64,000 nt of DNA from Macrostomum lignano (Eukaryota): contig NIVC01000211.1 in assembly GCA_002269645.1 (NCBI GenBank), positions 434,001 through 498,000 of the forward strand. The letters run 5' to 3'. The notes under the pieces were generated by a model, which saw nothing but the letters and a program-made list of their open reading frames with translations, did no database searches and was not told the origin of the DNA. The first letter of the stretch is position 1; every line of letters begins with the position of its first letter. This document shows positions 1 to 11,364 of this stretch, piece after piece. A program made the translations under genes and the position numbers.

Positions 1-790
1 TTTAGACTGCCAGATGATTGTTTAGAGTGCCAGATGATTGTTTAGAGTGCCAGATGATTGTTTAGAGTGCCAGATGATTGTTTAGAGTGCCAGATGATTG
101 TTTAGACTGCCAGATGATTGTTTAGAGTGCCAGATGATTGTTTAGACTGCCAGATGATTGTTTAGACTGCCAGATGATTGTTTAGACTGCCAGATGATTG
201 TTTAGAGTGCCAGATGATTGTTTAGACTGCCAGATGATTGTTTAGAGTGCCAGATGATTGTTTAGAGTGCCAGATGATTGTTTAGAGTGCCAGATGATTG
301 TTTAGACTGCCAGATGATTGTTTAGAGTGCCAGATGATTGTTTAGAGTGCCAGATGATTGTTTAGACTGCCAGATGATTGTTTAGACTGCCAGATGATTG
401 TTTAGAGTGCCAGATGATTGTTTAGACTGCCAGATGATTGTTTAGACTGCCAGATGATTATTAAGAGTGCCAGATGATTATTGAGACTGCCAGATGATTG
501 TTTAGAGTGCCAGATGATTGTTTAGACTGCCAGATGATTGTTTAGACTGCCAGATGATTGTTTAGAGTGCCAGATGATTGTTCAGAGTGCCAGGTGATAG
601 GTGAGAGTGCCAGATGATTGTTTAGAGTGCCAGATGATTGTTGAGAGTGCCGGATGATTGTTGAGAGTGCCAGATGATTGTTGAGAGTGCCAGATAATTG
701 TTGAGAGTGCCGGATGATTGTTGAGAGTGCCAGATGATTGCTGAGAGTGCCAGCTGATTGTTGAGAGTGCCAGATGATAGGTGAGAGTGA
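1..790. repeat. 20-bp minisatellite (TTTAGA[G/C]TGCCAGATGATTG), about 39 units, degenerating at the right end
   Basis: Period is visible directly (three units per 60-nt line). Binary G/C variant at unit position 7. Truncated by the window start. Confidence 0.97.
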
Positions 791-1189
791 TGGATCATGA
801 TTAAGGAATCTTACTTTAGTTTCTGTGTTTAAAACAATTATTTCCATTTGACATCTCTACAGAATATTCACTGTTCGTACTTTTACAACACTGATTGAGA
901 AGCATTGCATTGATTTTTTTTAGATGCGCTCCTTTGAACGTTGCGCAGTCGGAATTCATTAAAGAGGCTTTGCTAAAATAGCCTCTAGAATTTGCCATTC
1001 TGTTTGCGAGTTATATTCAGTTAGTTTGAGCACACAGATAAAGAGACGTTATGCTTTGTAAATGCTTTGATTTTTGTCAAAAGAGGATTCCCTTAAAAGG
1101 TCCCTAGAGTCTGTCTATTGCAATTTTAAATGTTCTCATTCGATTTGTGAATTGTGAACTTCTTCTGAGGGATTAATTATCGAATTCTC

Positions 1190-1785
1190 CACCCTGAGAT
1201 TTGCCTCAGGAACCTCACCCAACACTGAGATTCGCCCTAGAATCTCACCCTGAGATTCGCCCTAGAATCTCACCCTGAGATTCGCCCTAGAACTCACCCT
1301 GAGATTCGCCCTAAAATCTCACTCTGAGATTAGCTCTAAAATCTCACCATGAGATTAGCTCTAAAATCTCACTCTGTGATTAGCTCTAAAATCTCACCAT
1401 GAGATTAGCTCTAAAATCTCACCATGAGATTAGCTCTAAAATCTCACCCAGAGATTCGCCCCAGAATCTCACCCTGGGATTCGGCCTAGAATCTCACCCA
1501 GAGATTCGCCCTAGAATCTCACCCTGGGATTCGGCCTAGAATCTCACCCACCCTGAGATTCGCCTCAGAATCTCACCCACCCTGAGATTCGCCCTAGAAT
1601 CTCACCCTGGGATTCGGCCTGGAATCTCACCCACCCTGAGATTCGCCTCAGAATCTCACCCACCCTGAGATTCGCCCTAGAATCTCACCCTGGGATTCGG
1701 CCTGGAATCTCACCCACCCTGAGATTCGCCTCAGAATCTCACCCATCCTGAGATTCGCTCTAAAGTCTCACTCTGAGATTCGCTA
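1190..1785. repeat. About 25-bp palindromic minisatellite (CCCTGAGATTCGCCCTAGAATCTCA)
   Basis: Tandem units containing TGAGATTC and its reverse complement GAATCTCA. Ends about 20 nt before the acceptor at 1808. Confidence 0.93.
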
Positions 1786-1808
1786 ATGTCTTCATTAAAT
1801 GATTCCAG

Positions 1809-2135
1809 CTACACCTGCCCAGCCCGAGATCAGCTCATTAAAGCCACCACAACCGGCGCAGCTTATCGAGCCGAGGAGAATCGAGCTCGCGACTTTCTCA
1901 AGCGTTTAGCCTCGGCAACGGGCAAGCAGTCGTTCAGTTTGTCAGATGCCTGGACTCTGGGGAGTGCCGCAGAGATGTGGCTTGGGATGGGCCTGCGGCT
2001 GCCCGACTGGCTCAGCTTCTCCGACTACCAACGGCTGCAGCTGATGAGGCTGAGGAAATACGAAATGAAATTCGACGATAATCCCCTGGTGAGGAAATTC
2101 TGCGGAGGCCCCCTGCTGGATCGGATGCTGACGAG
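1809..2135 (+). CDS. Histidine acid phosphatase (ACP2/ACP3-like), penultimate exon
   Basis: Acceptor ttccag|C and donor ACGAG|gtgagg. Encodes YTCP...LPDW...GGPLLDRM, typical of lysosomal/prostatic acid phosphatases. Ends phase 2 (AG), compatible with the next exon. The RHGxRxP exon is not in the window. Confidence 0.8.
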
Positions 2136-2209
2136 GTGAGGCTGGCAGATTAAACCATTGGGACTGTAGTCTCCTTTGTCTCACCCTCCCAGGCTCTCTG
2201 CCGTGTGTG

Positions 2210-3745
2210 TCTATCTTCTTCTCTCCCTTGTGTGCCTCTCCCCTTTCTCTCCCTTGTGTGCCTCTCCCCATTCTCTCCCTTGTGTGTGACTCTCTCTCCC
2301 CCTTCTATCCCTTGTGTGCCTCTCCCCTTCTCTCCCTTGTGTGTGACTCTCTCTCCCCCTTCTCTCCCTTGTGTGCCTCTCCCCTTCTATCCCTTGTGTG
2401 CCTCTCCCCTTCTCTCCCTTGTGTGCCTCTCCCCTTCTCTCCCTTGTGTGCCTCTCCCTTTCTCTCCCTTGTGTGCCTCTCCCCTTCTCTCCCTTGTGTG
2501 TGACTCTCTCTCCCCCTTCTCTCCCTTGTGTGCCTCTCCTCTCCCTTGTGTGCCTCTCCCATTCTCTCCCTTGTGTGTGACTCTCTCTCCCCCTTCTATC
2601 CCTTGTGTGCCTCTCCCCTTCTCTCCCTTGTGTGTGACTCTCTCTCCCCCTTCTCTCCCTTGTGTGCCTCTCCCCTTCTATCCCTTGTGTGCCTCTCCCC
2701 TTCTCTCCCTTGTGTGCCTCTCCCCTTCTCTCCCTTGTGTGCCTCTCCCCTTCTCTCCCTTGTGTGTGACTCTCTCTCCCCCTTCTCTCCCTTGTGTGTG
2801 ACTCTCTCTCCCCCTTCTCTCCCTTGTGTGCCTCTCCTCTCCCTTGTGTGCCTCTCCCCTTCTATCCCTTGTGTGCCTCTCCCCTTCTCTCCCTTGTGTG
2901 CCTCTCCCCTTTTATCCCTTGTGTGCCTCTCCCCTTCTCTCCCTTGTGTGCCTCTCCCCTTCTCTCCCTTGTGTGCCTCTCCCCTTCTATCCCTTGTGTG
3001 CCTCTCCCCTTCTCTCCCTTGTGTGCCTCTCCCCTTCTCTCCCTTGTGTGTGACTCTCTCTCCCCCTTCTCTCCCTTGTGTGCCTCTCCCCTTCTATCCC
3101 TTGTGTGCCTCTCCCCTTCTCTCCCTTGTGTGCCTCTCCCCTTCTCTCCCTTGTGTGCCTCTCCCCTTCTCTCCCTTGTGTGTGACTCTCTCTCCCCCTT
3201 CTCTCCCTTGTGTGTGACTCTCTCTCCCCCTTCTCTCCCTTGTGTGCCTCTCCTCTCCCTTGTGTGCCTCTCCCCTTCTATCCCTTGTGTGCCTCTCCCC
3301 TTCTCTCCCTTGTGTGCCTCTCCCCTTTTATCCCTTGTGTGCCTCTCCCCTTCTCTCCCTTGTGTGCCTCTCCCCTTCTCTCCCTTGTGTGCCTCTCCCC
3401 TTCTATCCCTTGTGTGCCTCTCCCCTTCTCTCCCTTGTGTGCCTCTCCCCTTTTATCCCTTGTGTGCCTCTCCCCTTCTCTCCCTTGTGTGCCTCTCCCC
3501 TTCTCTCCCTTGTGTGCCTCTCCCCTTCTATCCCTTGTGTGCCTCTCCCCTTCTCTCCCTTGTGTGCCTCTCCTATTCTCTCCCTTCTGTGCCTCTCTTC
3601 CTTCTCTCCCTTGTGTGCCTCTCCCCTTCTCTCCCCTGTGTGCCTCTCCCCTTCTCTCCCCTGTGTGCCTCTCCCCTTCTCTCCCCTGTGTGCCTCTCCC
3701 CTTCTCATATTCTCCCTCTCTCTCTCTCTCTCTCCCTCTCTCTCT
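2210..3745. repeat. 25-bp pyrimidine-rich minisatellite (CTTGTGTGCCTCTCCCCTTCTCTCC) ending in (CT)n, intronic
   Basis: Tandem units with GTGTGACTCTCTCT variants. Source of the many LPCVPLPFSP ORFs. Confidence 0.96.
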
Positions 3746-4159
3746 ATTATTTCCCTTTACCCTATATCATTTCTGCCATGCCTCCTTTTCACATCAAATT
3801 TTTCTCATATTGCTTTTTGTCAGCAGTAACTTTGTGGTGGCTTGTCCAGATCAATAGAAATCATTTTGTATTTTCTATTTCATTCATTTAAACAAACATC
3901 GAAATTCTTTCTTCAAATTCTTCATTTGAAACGCATTTGTGAATCGTTCGTTTAGTCAATCGAATTTTGTTCCGCAATTGCCATCGCAGATCTGACAGTT
4001 GTGGATATCAAATCCATCATGATCTAATCTAAAATGACATTGATTTATTGGCACTAAAAAAATTTTCAATCGTTTTTCCTTTTTCTCGTTAAAGAATTCT
4101 TATATTTGGAATTCTTACAATTATCCATCTCTAAGCTGCTTTGCTAACTCTGCATTTCT

Positions 4160-4392
4160 AATCTCATTGTGTCTCTCATCTGATCTAATCTAATATCACT
4201 GTGTCTGATTCTGATCTGATCTAATCTCACCGTATCTCTCATGATATCTAATCTAACATCACTGTGTCTTGATTTTGATCTAATCTAATCTCACCTGTCT
4301 CTCATGATATCTAATCTAACATCACTGTGTCTTGATTTTTTTATTTAATCTAATCTCACCGTGTCTCTCATCTGATCTAATCCTAATCTCAC
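4160..4392. repeat. Degenerate 31-33-bp minisatellite (ATCTAATCTCACTGTGTCTCTCATCTGATCTA)
   Basis: Same unit as 7255-8050. Runs up to the acceptor at 4404. Confidence 0.8.
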
Positions 4393-4404
4393 TCTCGCCC
4401 GCAG

Positions 4405-5065
4405 TGCCCGAGCGAAACTATCAGGCCAAACCAGCAAGGTCTCCCAGAAAAACAGCAAGAATCAAAACCAGAATCCCGGCCTGAGTCTAATCATTTACTC
4501 AGCTCACGACTCAACAGTGGCCTCGCTAGCCTCAGCTCTGGGCCTGGGAGTTGCCAGGCTGGGCTTTGTGCCTCCGCCTTCGGCCCTGCTCGCCATGGAG
4601 GTGTACAGCGATGCCACAGTTCGTTTCGCTTATAAAAACTCCACGAAATACCGGCCGGTCCTGCTGAAGCCGCCAGCTTGCGGTCAATCGGATTGCCAGC
4701 TAGAGAGAATGCTGCCAGCCCAGTTCCCATCACTTGGCGCTGTCAATCTGGCTTATGAATGCCGCAGCGGAGTGTTCGGCCTGTTGGATAGTGCCGGGCC
4801 TACCTGTGTTGAAGCGCCAGTTGTACTTTTATTATTGCTGATTGTGTGCGTCTGTCTGATGTGCACTGTGCTGCTGTTTGGCAAGATATTCCGTCGTTGG
4901 TGCTTCAATATTCGAGGCAGGTCCGGCTCGGGTGCGATTTCTAATCGATCAGGGACTGGTGCTAGCCGACGGCAGGGCGGTGAGTATGCCTATAAACCGC
5001 TGATCAACTCCGCCGGCGAGGCTGACTGCGACGATGAAGACGCCGAGATGAATGAGAATGCTTGA
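4405..5065 (+). CDS. Histidine acid phosphatase, last exon (HD motif, TM helix, cytosolic tail)
   Basis: Acceptor ccgcag|T completes AG|T (Ser). Frame reads LSLIIYSAHDSTV (family catalytic HD motif), then hydrophobic VVLLLLLIVCVCLMCTVLLFG, tail YKPL, stop TGA at 5063-5065. Confidence 0.9.
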
Positions 5066-5204
5066 TTGTAATTATATAAATTTCTCTTTTTAATCTTGGG
5101 TCAGTTATGCTGACCATCAAATTTTTGTATTTATTTCTTAACTGCGCAACATTGTTTTACTGCGAATATTAGGTTTTTGGGAGGCTTTCTATCTGTATTT
5201 GTTA

Positions 5205-5513
5205 ATGACGTCCTCTTTTTTTCGATAATGACGTCATAATTTGAAGTTGTGACGTCGTTTGTTAAAGTAATGACGTCATATTATAGTCATATGCAATATC
5301 ATAATCATGACGTCATAAGTTTAATTTCTGGTGTCGTTTGTTAAAATTATGACGTCATTAGATCATACGATGACGTCATTTTTGAAGTGATGACGTCATT
5401 AGGTAAAGTAAAAACGGTATTTAAAAACTTAAAAAATGACGTCATTTATTAAAATTATTCATTGAACGTCATTTGTTAAAGCGAAACTATGACGCTGAAG
5501 CTTATGACGTCAT
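5205..5513. promoter_or_regulatory. Cluster of eight perfect ATGACGTCAT (CRE/ATF-type) palindromes
   Basis: TGACGTCA at 5229, 5271, 5308, 5350, 5371, 5391, 5437 and 5505, plus near-matches. Regulatory function is not shown. Confidence 0.5.
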
Positions 5514-6197
5514 TACTTTATTTAATAATAACTTTATTATTTTCTATATTGTATTCCAATTCATAAATATATAACTATTAGTTGTAAGCTTTTTACATAA
5601 GTTTTGTATTATACGCATGACGCTTTACATCAGCATGAATAACTATGAACTTTGCCAATCCAAAAGTTCCAGTCGTGCTTTAATCAGATTTTTTCAGTTT
5701 CCAAAAAAACATTCATTCCACTGCGCGTACAAAAGCAATGCTTATTTGTGTTGTATGGAACAAATACAATTTTGACTCTTAATTGCTATTTTTTCATTGA
5801 TTATTGCATTGATAAAACAATTGGAAAACAACTTTTAGAATTTTAACTTGTTTAATAGTCTTTTATTATCTGGTTTTGTAGGATGAGATTTGTCGGAAAT
5901 TAAAGCATAATTAACGATTTAGTTTTTAGGATTAAACTGTCTTAATATATATATAATTTGTAAGTTTACGTCAACCCTATTTAATCAAAAAATCTTGCAT
6001 GAACTTTCTTTTCAGTTCCAAATACTTTTTGTTTGTAAGCTAATAATTTTCATTTTCTGTTTGCATTCGATAATTAATGTGCTGTGCCAGAAGTCTGCCT
6101 TCTGAGAGTTTATCGAAACATTTGCTAATTTAAAACTAGACCGACATAATTACATGTAAATGGCCTTAGTTCCTTGCTAAGTTTCTATTGTCATTTC

Positions 6198-6425
6198 GGG
6201 GTTGTAGCCCACAACTTAAAAGTCGGGGGTTCGATTCTCGACCCACTCAGTTCACCCGGCTGGAAAATGGGTGCCAGCATTAGCTGGGGTAATTGAGGGT
6301 GTGTCTGGCGACCCCCCAGTCCTTGGAATGAACAGCCATACTCAACCTTCAGATGCGCCGCGCAATAGCTGCGGCTGAGCTGTCGGTTGCACATCTGGCC
6401 CATTGGGGCAGGTGTGATCAATTAA
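6198..6425 (+). mobile_element. tRNA-derived CORE-type SINE, internally deleted copy (family A)
   Basis: GGGGTTGTAGC head and GGTTCGATTC B box. Body aligns with the reverse complement of 24401-24695 (GGTGCCAGCATTAGCTGGGGTAATTGAGGGTGTG...GCTGAGCTGTCGGTTGCACATCTGGCC). Confidence 0.85.
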
Positions 6426-7254
6426 TTATTATTAATGTGTCGTGACACACATCAACGTTGGCAATTGGCTGCATCTTATGAGTTCCATGGTATATTTGAA
6501 CAATTCAAAATTTTATAACTACAAATGGCACAGCAAACTTGGAAAATCTAGCGCTGGCAAAAGAAAGTGTCTCTGTGAAAGTAGCAAACGATTTTTTTTG
6601 CTATCTTGGCTTCTTGGACAAAAAACAGCTATCGTGTTCGGACAAAAAAGATCGATATATAGCTACTTCTCTTGGACCAAATCCGTGGAGTCTGCCTTGC
6701 CTGCCTGAGTACGAGGTGAAAAATTAATGTTACAAAAGGTGCGCCCCTCCCTGTTCAGCGTGTGAAACTTGAAACGTGTTTCCCTTGTACGTTTCGCTCG
6801 CCTACTTTTTGCCTTTCCTTTCGCTTCTGCTCTGCAGTCGATGAATCGATCTCCGAGGTAATGCACTTCTCCGTGTTTCTGGAGGAAGACAGGCCCTCAA
6901 TTCAAGGAACCTTGCATTCAGACAGAGTTAGAAGAAGAAGAAGTGGCTCTTTGATGCTGCAATGAGCCTTTCTGTCTCTTGTTTGAAGCTATTGGCCTCT
7001 AGAGTCGCTCGCTCATTGTCTCACGAGCTGTTCTGTAAAAGACAAGAGCCAAGGACAGACAGCGGCAGACACAAGCCTACTGCTGCAACATACGTCAAGA
7101 TGTGCTGGCATATTTTCATTGTCCAAGCTGTGCTTAATTGTTGCTTGTGGCTTCCTAATTGTTGAATTCCAATTGCTTCTGGTCTGCCTACTGTATAATT
7201 ATCAGACAGTGCCGGTTTTGCAGTTTACACTTAGTCTTTTGTTTTTGTTTCAGC

Positions 7255-8050
7255 TCATACTGATCTGATCTGATCTCATCGTGTCTCACATCTGATCTAA
7301 TCTAATCTCACTGTGTCTCGCATCTGATCTAATCTAATCTCACTGTGTCTCTCATCTGATCTAATCTAATCTTACTGTGTCTCTCATCTGATCTAATCTA
7401 ATCTCACTGTGTCTCGCATCTGATCTAATCTAATCTCACCGTGTCTCACATCTGATCTAATCTAATCTCACCGTGTCTCACATCTGATCGGATCTAATCT
7501 CATCGTGTCTCACATCTGATTTAATCTAATCTCACTGTCTCGCATCTGATCTAATCTAATCTCACTGTCTCGCATCTGTTCTAATCTAATCTCACTGTCT
7601 CGCATCTGATCTAATCTAATCTCACTGTGTCTCGCATCTGATCTGATATAAACTCACTGTGTCTCTCATCTGATCTAATCTAATCTCACTGTGTCTCTCA
7701 TCTGATCTAATCTAATCTCATCGTGTCTCACATCTGATCTGATCTAATCTCGCCATGTCTCATATCTGATCTAATCTCATTGTGTCTCATCTGATCTGTT
7801 CTAATCTAATCTCATTGTGTCTCACTTCTGGTCTAATGTAATTCACAGTGTCTCACATCTGATCTGATCTAATCTCGCCATGTCTCATATCTGATCTGAT
7901 CTAATCTCATCATGTCTCATATCTGATCTAATCTAATTTCATCGTGTCTCTCATCTGATCTGATATAATCTCATTTTGTCTCTTAAATCTCACCATGTTT
8001 TACGGCTGATCTAATCTAATCTCACTACGTTCCGCATCTGAATAAATCTA
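7255..8050. repeat. 31-33-bp minisatellite (CTCACTGTGTCTCNCATCTGATCTAATCTAAT)
   Basis: Tandem units read directly. Confidence 0.93.
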
Positions 8051-8659
8051 ATCCCTCTACTTCCAATCTGTCTATAGCTGAAATATATTGCAGGTTTATT
8101 GATAGTTAAACAAAAGAACTATACACTCAGAATCGCTTATAGATGCTGTATATTGTTAACTGATCCCTTGCAGCTGATTTCACCGTGTCCCAATGTAAGG
8201 CTTGGTGTTTGGTGTAGAGTTGCTACTCCAAATTCTGTTTTAAAGTCTCCTTGTGAAGGCCTCTTAAATTGACAGCTGGCTTGCTTTCTCGTCACCGATC
8301 ATCTCAGGCAGCTCATTGTCTTATTAGTGGCTGTGAATGTCTTACTTTCTCCCTATTAGCCTAGACACTCCGTGCAAGCGGTTACAGTGTAAAAGTACTT
8401 CTGCGACGGATGCTGAAGAGTTTCTGGCTGTCTCAGGCTTTAGTGTTGGAAATTTTACATGTACTTTTTAATTATCTGGGAGCTTAGAGATTTTAGTTGA
8501 GTCCAATCAATTTTACACTACAACAGTATTTATTAATTGGCATCGTTAAATATCGTGACTATTTTAACGAGACTTGTTGAAGATTTATGCAAAAATGAGA
8601 TAAACACACAATCGGGCAAAGAAAGTGGTTACAAGATTAGATGGACAAACAGGTAGATA

Positions 8660-9170
8660 GAAAGACACAGGTAGACAGATGCCTACAACCATAGACATAT
8701 GACACAAGGACATGTCTACAACCATTGCAAGATGACACAAGGACATGCCTACAACCATTGAAAGCTGATGGCACAAAGACATGCCGCTTGTACAACCATA
8801 GAGAGAAGACAGAAAGGCATGCCGCTTGTACAACCATAGAGAGAAGACACAAGGACATGCCGCTTGTACAACCATAGAGAGAAGACACAAGGACATGCCT
8901 ACAACCATAGAGAGGACACAAGGACATGCCTACAACCATAGAGAGAAGACACAAGGACATGCCTACAACCATAGAGAGGACACAAGGACATGCCTACAAC
9001 CATAGAGAGAAGACACAAGAACATGCCGCTTGTACAACCATAGAGAGAAGACACAAGGACATGCCTACAACCATAGAGAGAAGACACAAGGACATGCCTA
9101 CAACCATAGAGAGAAGACACAAGGACATCCCTACAACCATAGAGAGAAGACACAAGAACATGCCTACAAA
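8660..9170. repeat. 33/39-bp minisatellite (ACAAGGACATGCCTACAACCATAGAGAGAAGAC)
   Basis: Tandem units. The 39-bp variant carries CATGCCGCTTGTAC. Confidence 0.93.
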
Positions 9171-10164
9171 TGCCATTTGACATTCTCCTGTTAAAATGGA
9201 CTGTCTTCCCGACTATAATTAGTCGTCTTAGTTGTTTACGAGTAATTCTGCTCGATTTGAATGAATGCATCAATTGATCTGCTTTTACTGATCCGTTCTC
9301 AGTCTTGATATCTGTTCTGCATGCATATTAATTTGATCCTTGGTTTTCCCTTGAGACCTGCTGATGGCATGATTAAGCTGTATACTGCTTGCTTTCAACT
9401 GCTGCACTGTATTTTCTCTTCAAAAACTGGTTGAGGATGCAAGTCGTTAAATTGGTAATCGGCTGTGCGTACTGGTTTTGTCCCCACGATTTCACATGCC
9501 AATAATTAGATGTGGATAGCGAGTCTGACAGCATTTCTGCTGCTGCTGAAGTTCTGTCTTTTCAATTCTTTTTCTGGTTATTTCTCCCACTTTTGCATTG
9601 CTTCTGTCACGTGGGATTTCTCAGCCTGTTTTATTGTCTGTCTCTACTCTGCCCCTCTTATCTAAGCAAGGACCCGGGAGCTTGTGCAGACAAACTGCTT
9701 TCCTCCTTTATCCCCTTTCTATCCTTCCTCTCGATACTAGCTGTAAGTACCTCTATTCAAGTGCGTCTTACCGTTGCTACACATCACTCCCTGCATCGCA
9801 GAGCAGAGCAGCTTCCAGCTGCCTCACCCTAGCAACGGACGCCGCGAGATGATATTGGCGAGTTTTTAGTTATGTTTATCTCAGGTTTTTAGCCCACAGC
9901 CATTTCTCCCGTGAGCATTTCCTCACGAATGCTACTTAAACCCTGCGGCCTCTGCGTCAGTGCGTGTGGCTTTTTTGCACTGTTTTGTTTCCACCTATTC
10001 TCAAGTGCTACTTCGGATTGCCGGCTTTGGTTCTGGTTTTTTTTCTCTTCTCTTCGATTGACTACCTCCCCGAGTAATCACGGGGCTGTTTGTTACTGCT
10101 GCCGACTGCCTGCGCTTTTTCACTTGCCTGGCTGCGTGCATTTGCGTATTTAACACTCCTGTCT

Positions 10165-10173
10165 ACCTGTCTG

Positions 10174-10204
<31 letters not shown>

Positions 10205-10225
10205 GTCTGCCTGTCTGTCTGTCTG

Positions 10226-10296
<71 letters not shown>

Positions 10297-10317
10297 GTCT
10301 GCCTGTCTGTCTGTCTG

Positions 10318-10404
<87 letters not shown>

Positions 10405-10477
10405 GTGTCTGTCTGTCTGTCTGTCTATCTGTCTGTCTGTGTCTGTCTGTCTGTCTGTCTGTCTGTCTGCCTGCCTG

Positions 10478-10518
<41 letters not shown>

Positions 10519-10545
10519 GCCTGCCTGTCTGTCTGTCTTAGTGTC
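10165..10545. repeat. (TGTC)n microsatellite
   Basis: Direct reading. Confidence 0.98.
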
Positions 10546-10870
10546 TGTCTCTTTAATAGCACGTGTTGACAGCCTGTCCCACTGCCCCACCCTGTCTGTC
10601 TGTTTCTCAATCCCCGCCTCTCCATCTCTCTCTCTTGTCTTGTCCCAATAATTTCTCCCAGCTTATCAGTTCGTCCTTCCTTCCTTTTGAATAATCTGTC
10701 AGCCAATCGCGCTTGAGAGCCCGCATCTGCCGCAACCCCATCCGTTGCCTAGATCTGCCGTAGTTCCCAAGTTTCTCCTCACTTCCTCTCCTCGCGTTCC
10801 GTGACATCGGGATCTGACGCTACTGAACTCAATTGGCATTATTCTTTTCCAACTATCAGCAAACTCTGAA

Positions 10871-11327
10871 ATGGCAATGGAAATCACTGAGAATCTGCTC
10901 TGCTCGCTGATACCAAAATGCAACAATAGCATTTATAACTCGAGTTCAACGGTGACTCAAAGCTCCGCTTACTCGCCTATGCCGAGGTCAGAATGCTTTT
11001 TCTGTCGCCTATTTTACCTGGTAGTTACTCCGCTGATAGTGCTGCTGGGCTGTATTGGCAATGCGCTCTGCATCAAAGTGTTTACCAGACGAAGGTTCCA
11101 AAACCAAAGTGCCAGCGTGTACTTTGCCTGTCTGTCCGGAGCAGACCTGCTCGTGCTAATCTTCTACGTCATTCCGGAGTGGCTGGCCAAGCAGAACTTC
11201 CTGCCGACTGCCGCTAAGTCTTGGCTGGATCTGCAGATCATGTGCCAGAGCCTGCTGTTCTTCTCCTATTCGTTTAGAATGGTGTCGGTCTGGATGCTCG
11301 TGACGTCAACGGTGGAGCGGTACATCG
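10871..11327 (+). CDS. Class A (rhodopsin-like) peptide GPCR, coding exon 1 (N-terminus to TM3)
   Basis: N-glycosylation sequons NNS/NSS, TM1 GCIGN, TM2 LSGADL, TM3 MCQ...VERYI. Donor TACATCG|gtgagt, phase 1. Confidence 0.92.
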
Positions 11328-11364
11328 GTGAGTTGCTGGTCATGGATGGCCTTGTCTGCTTATC

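Noticed and set aside
816-998. Short ORFs or a possible upstream phosphatase exon near 923
   Set aside because: An acceptor-like T-run AG exists, but all three frames stop quickly and show no family motif.
2205-3891. Cys/Pro/Leu-rich ORFs
   Set aside because: Translations of the 25-bp array inside the phosphatase intron.
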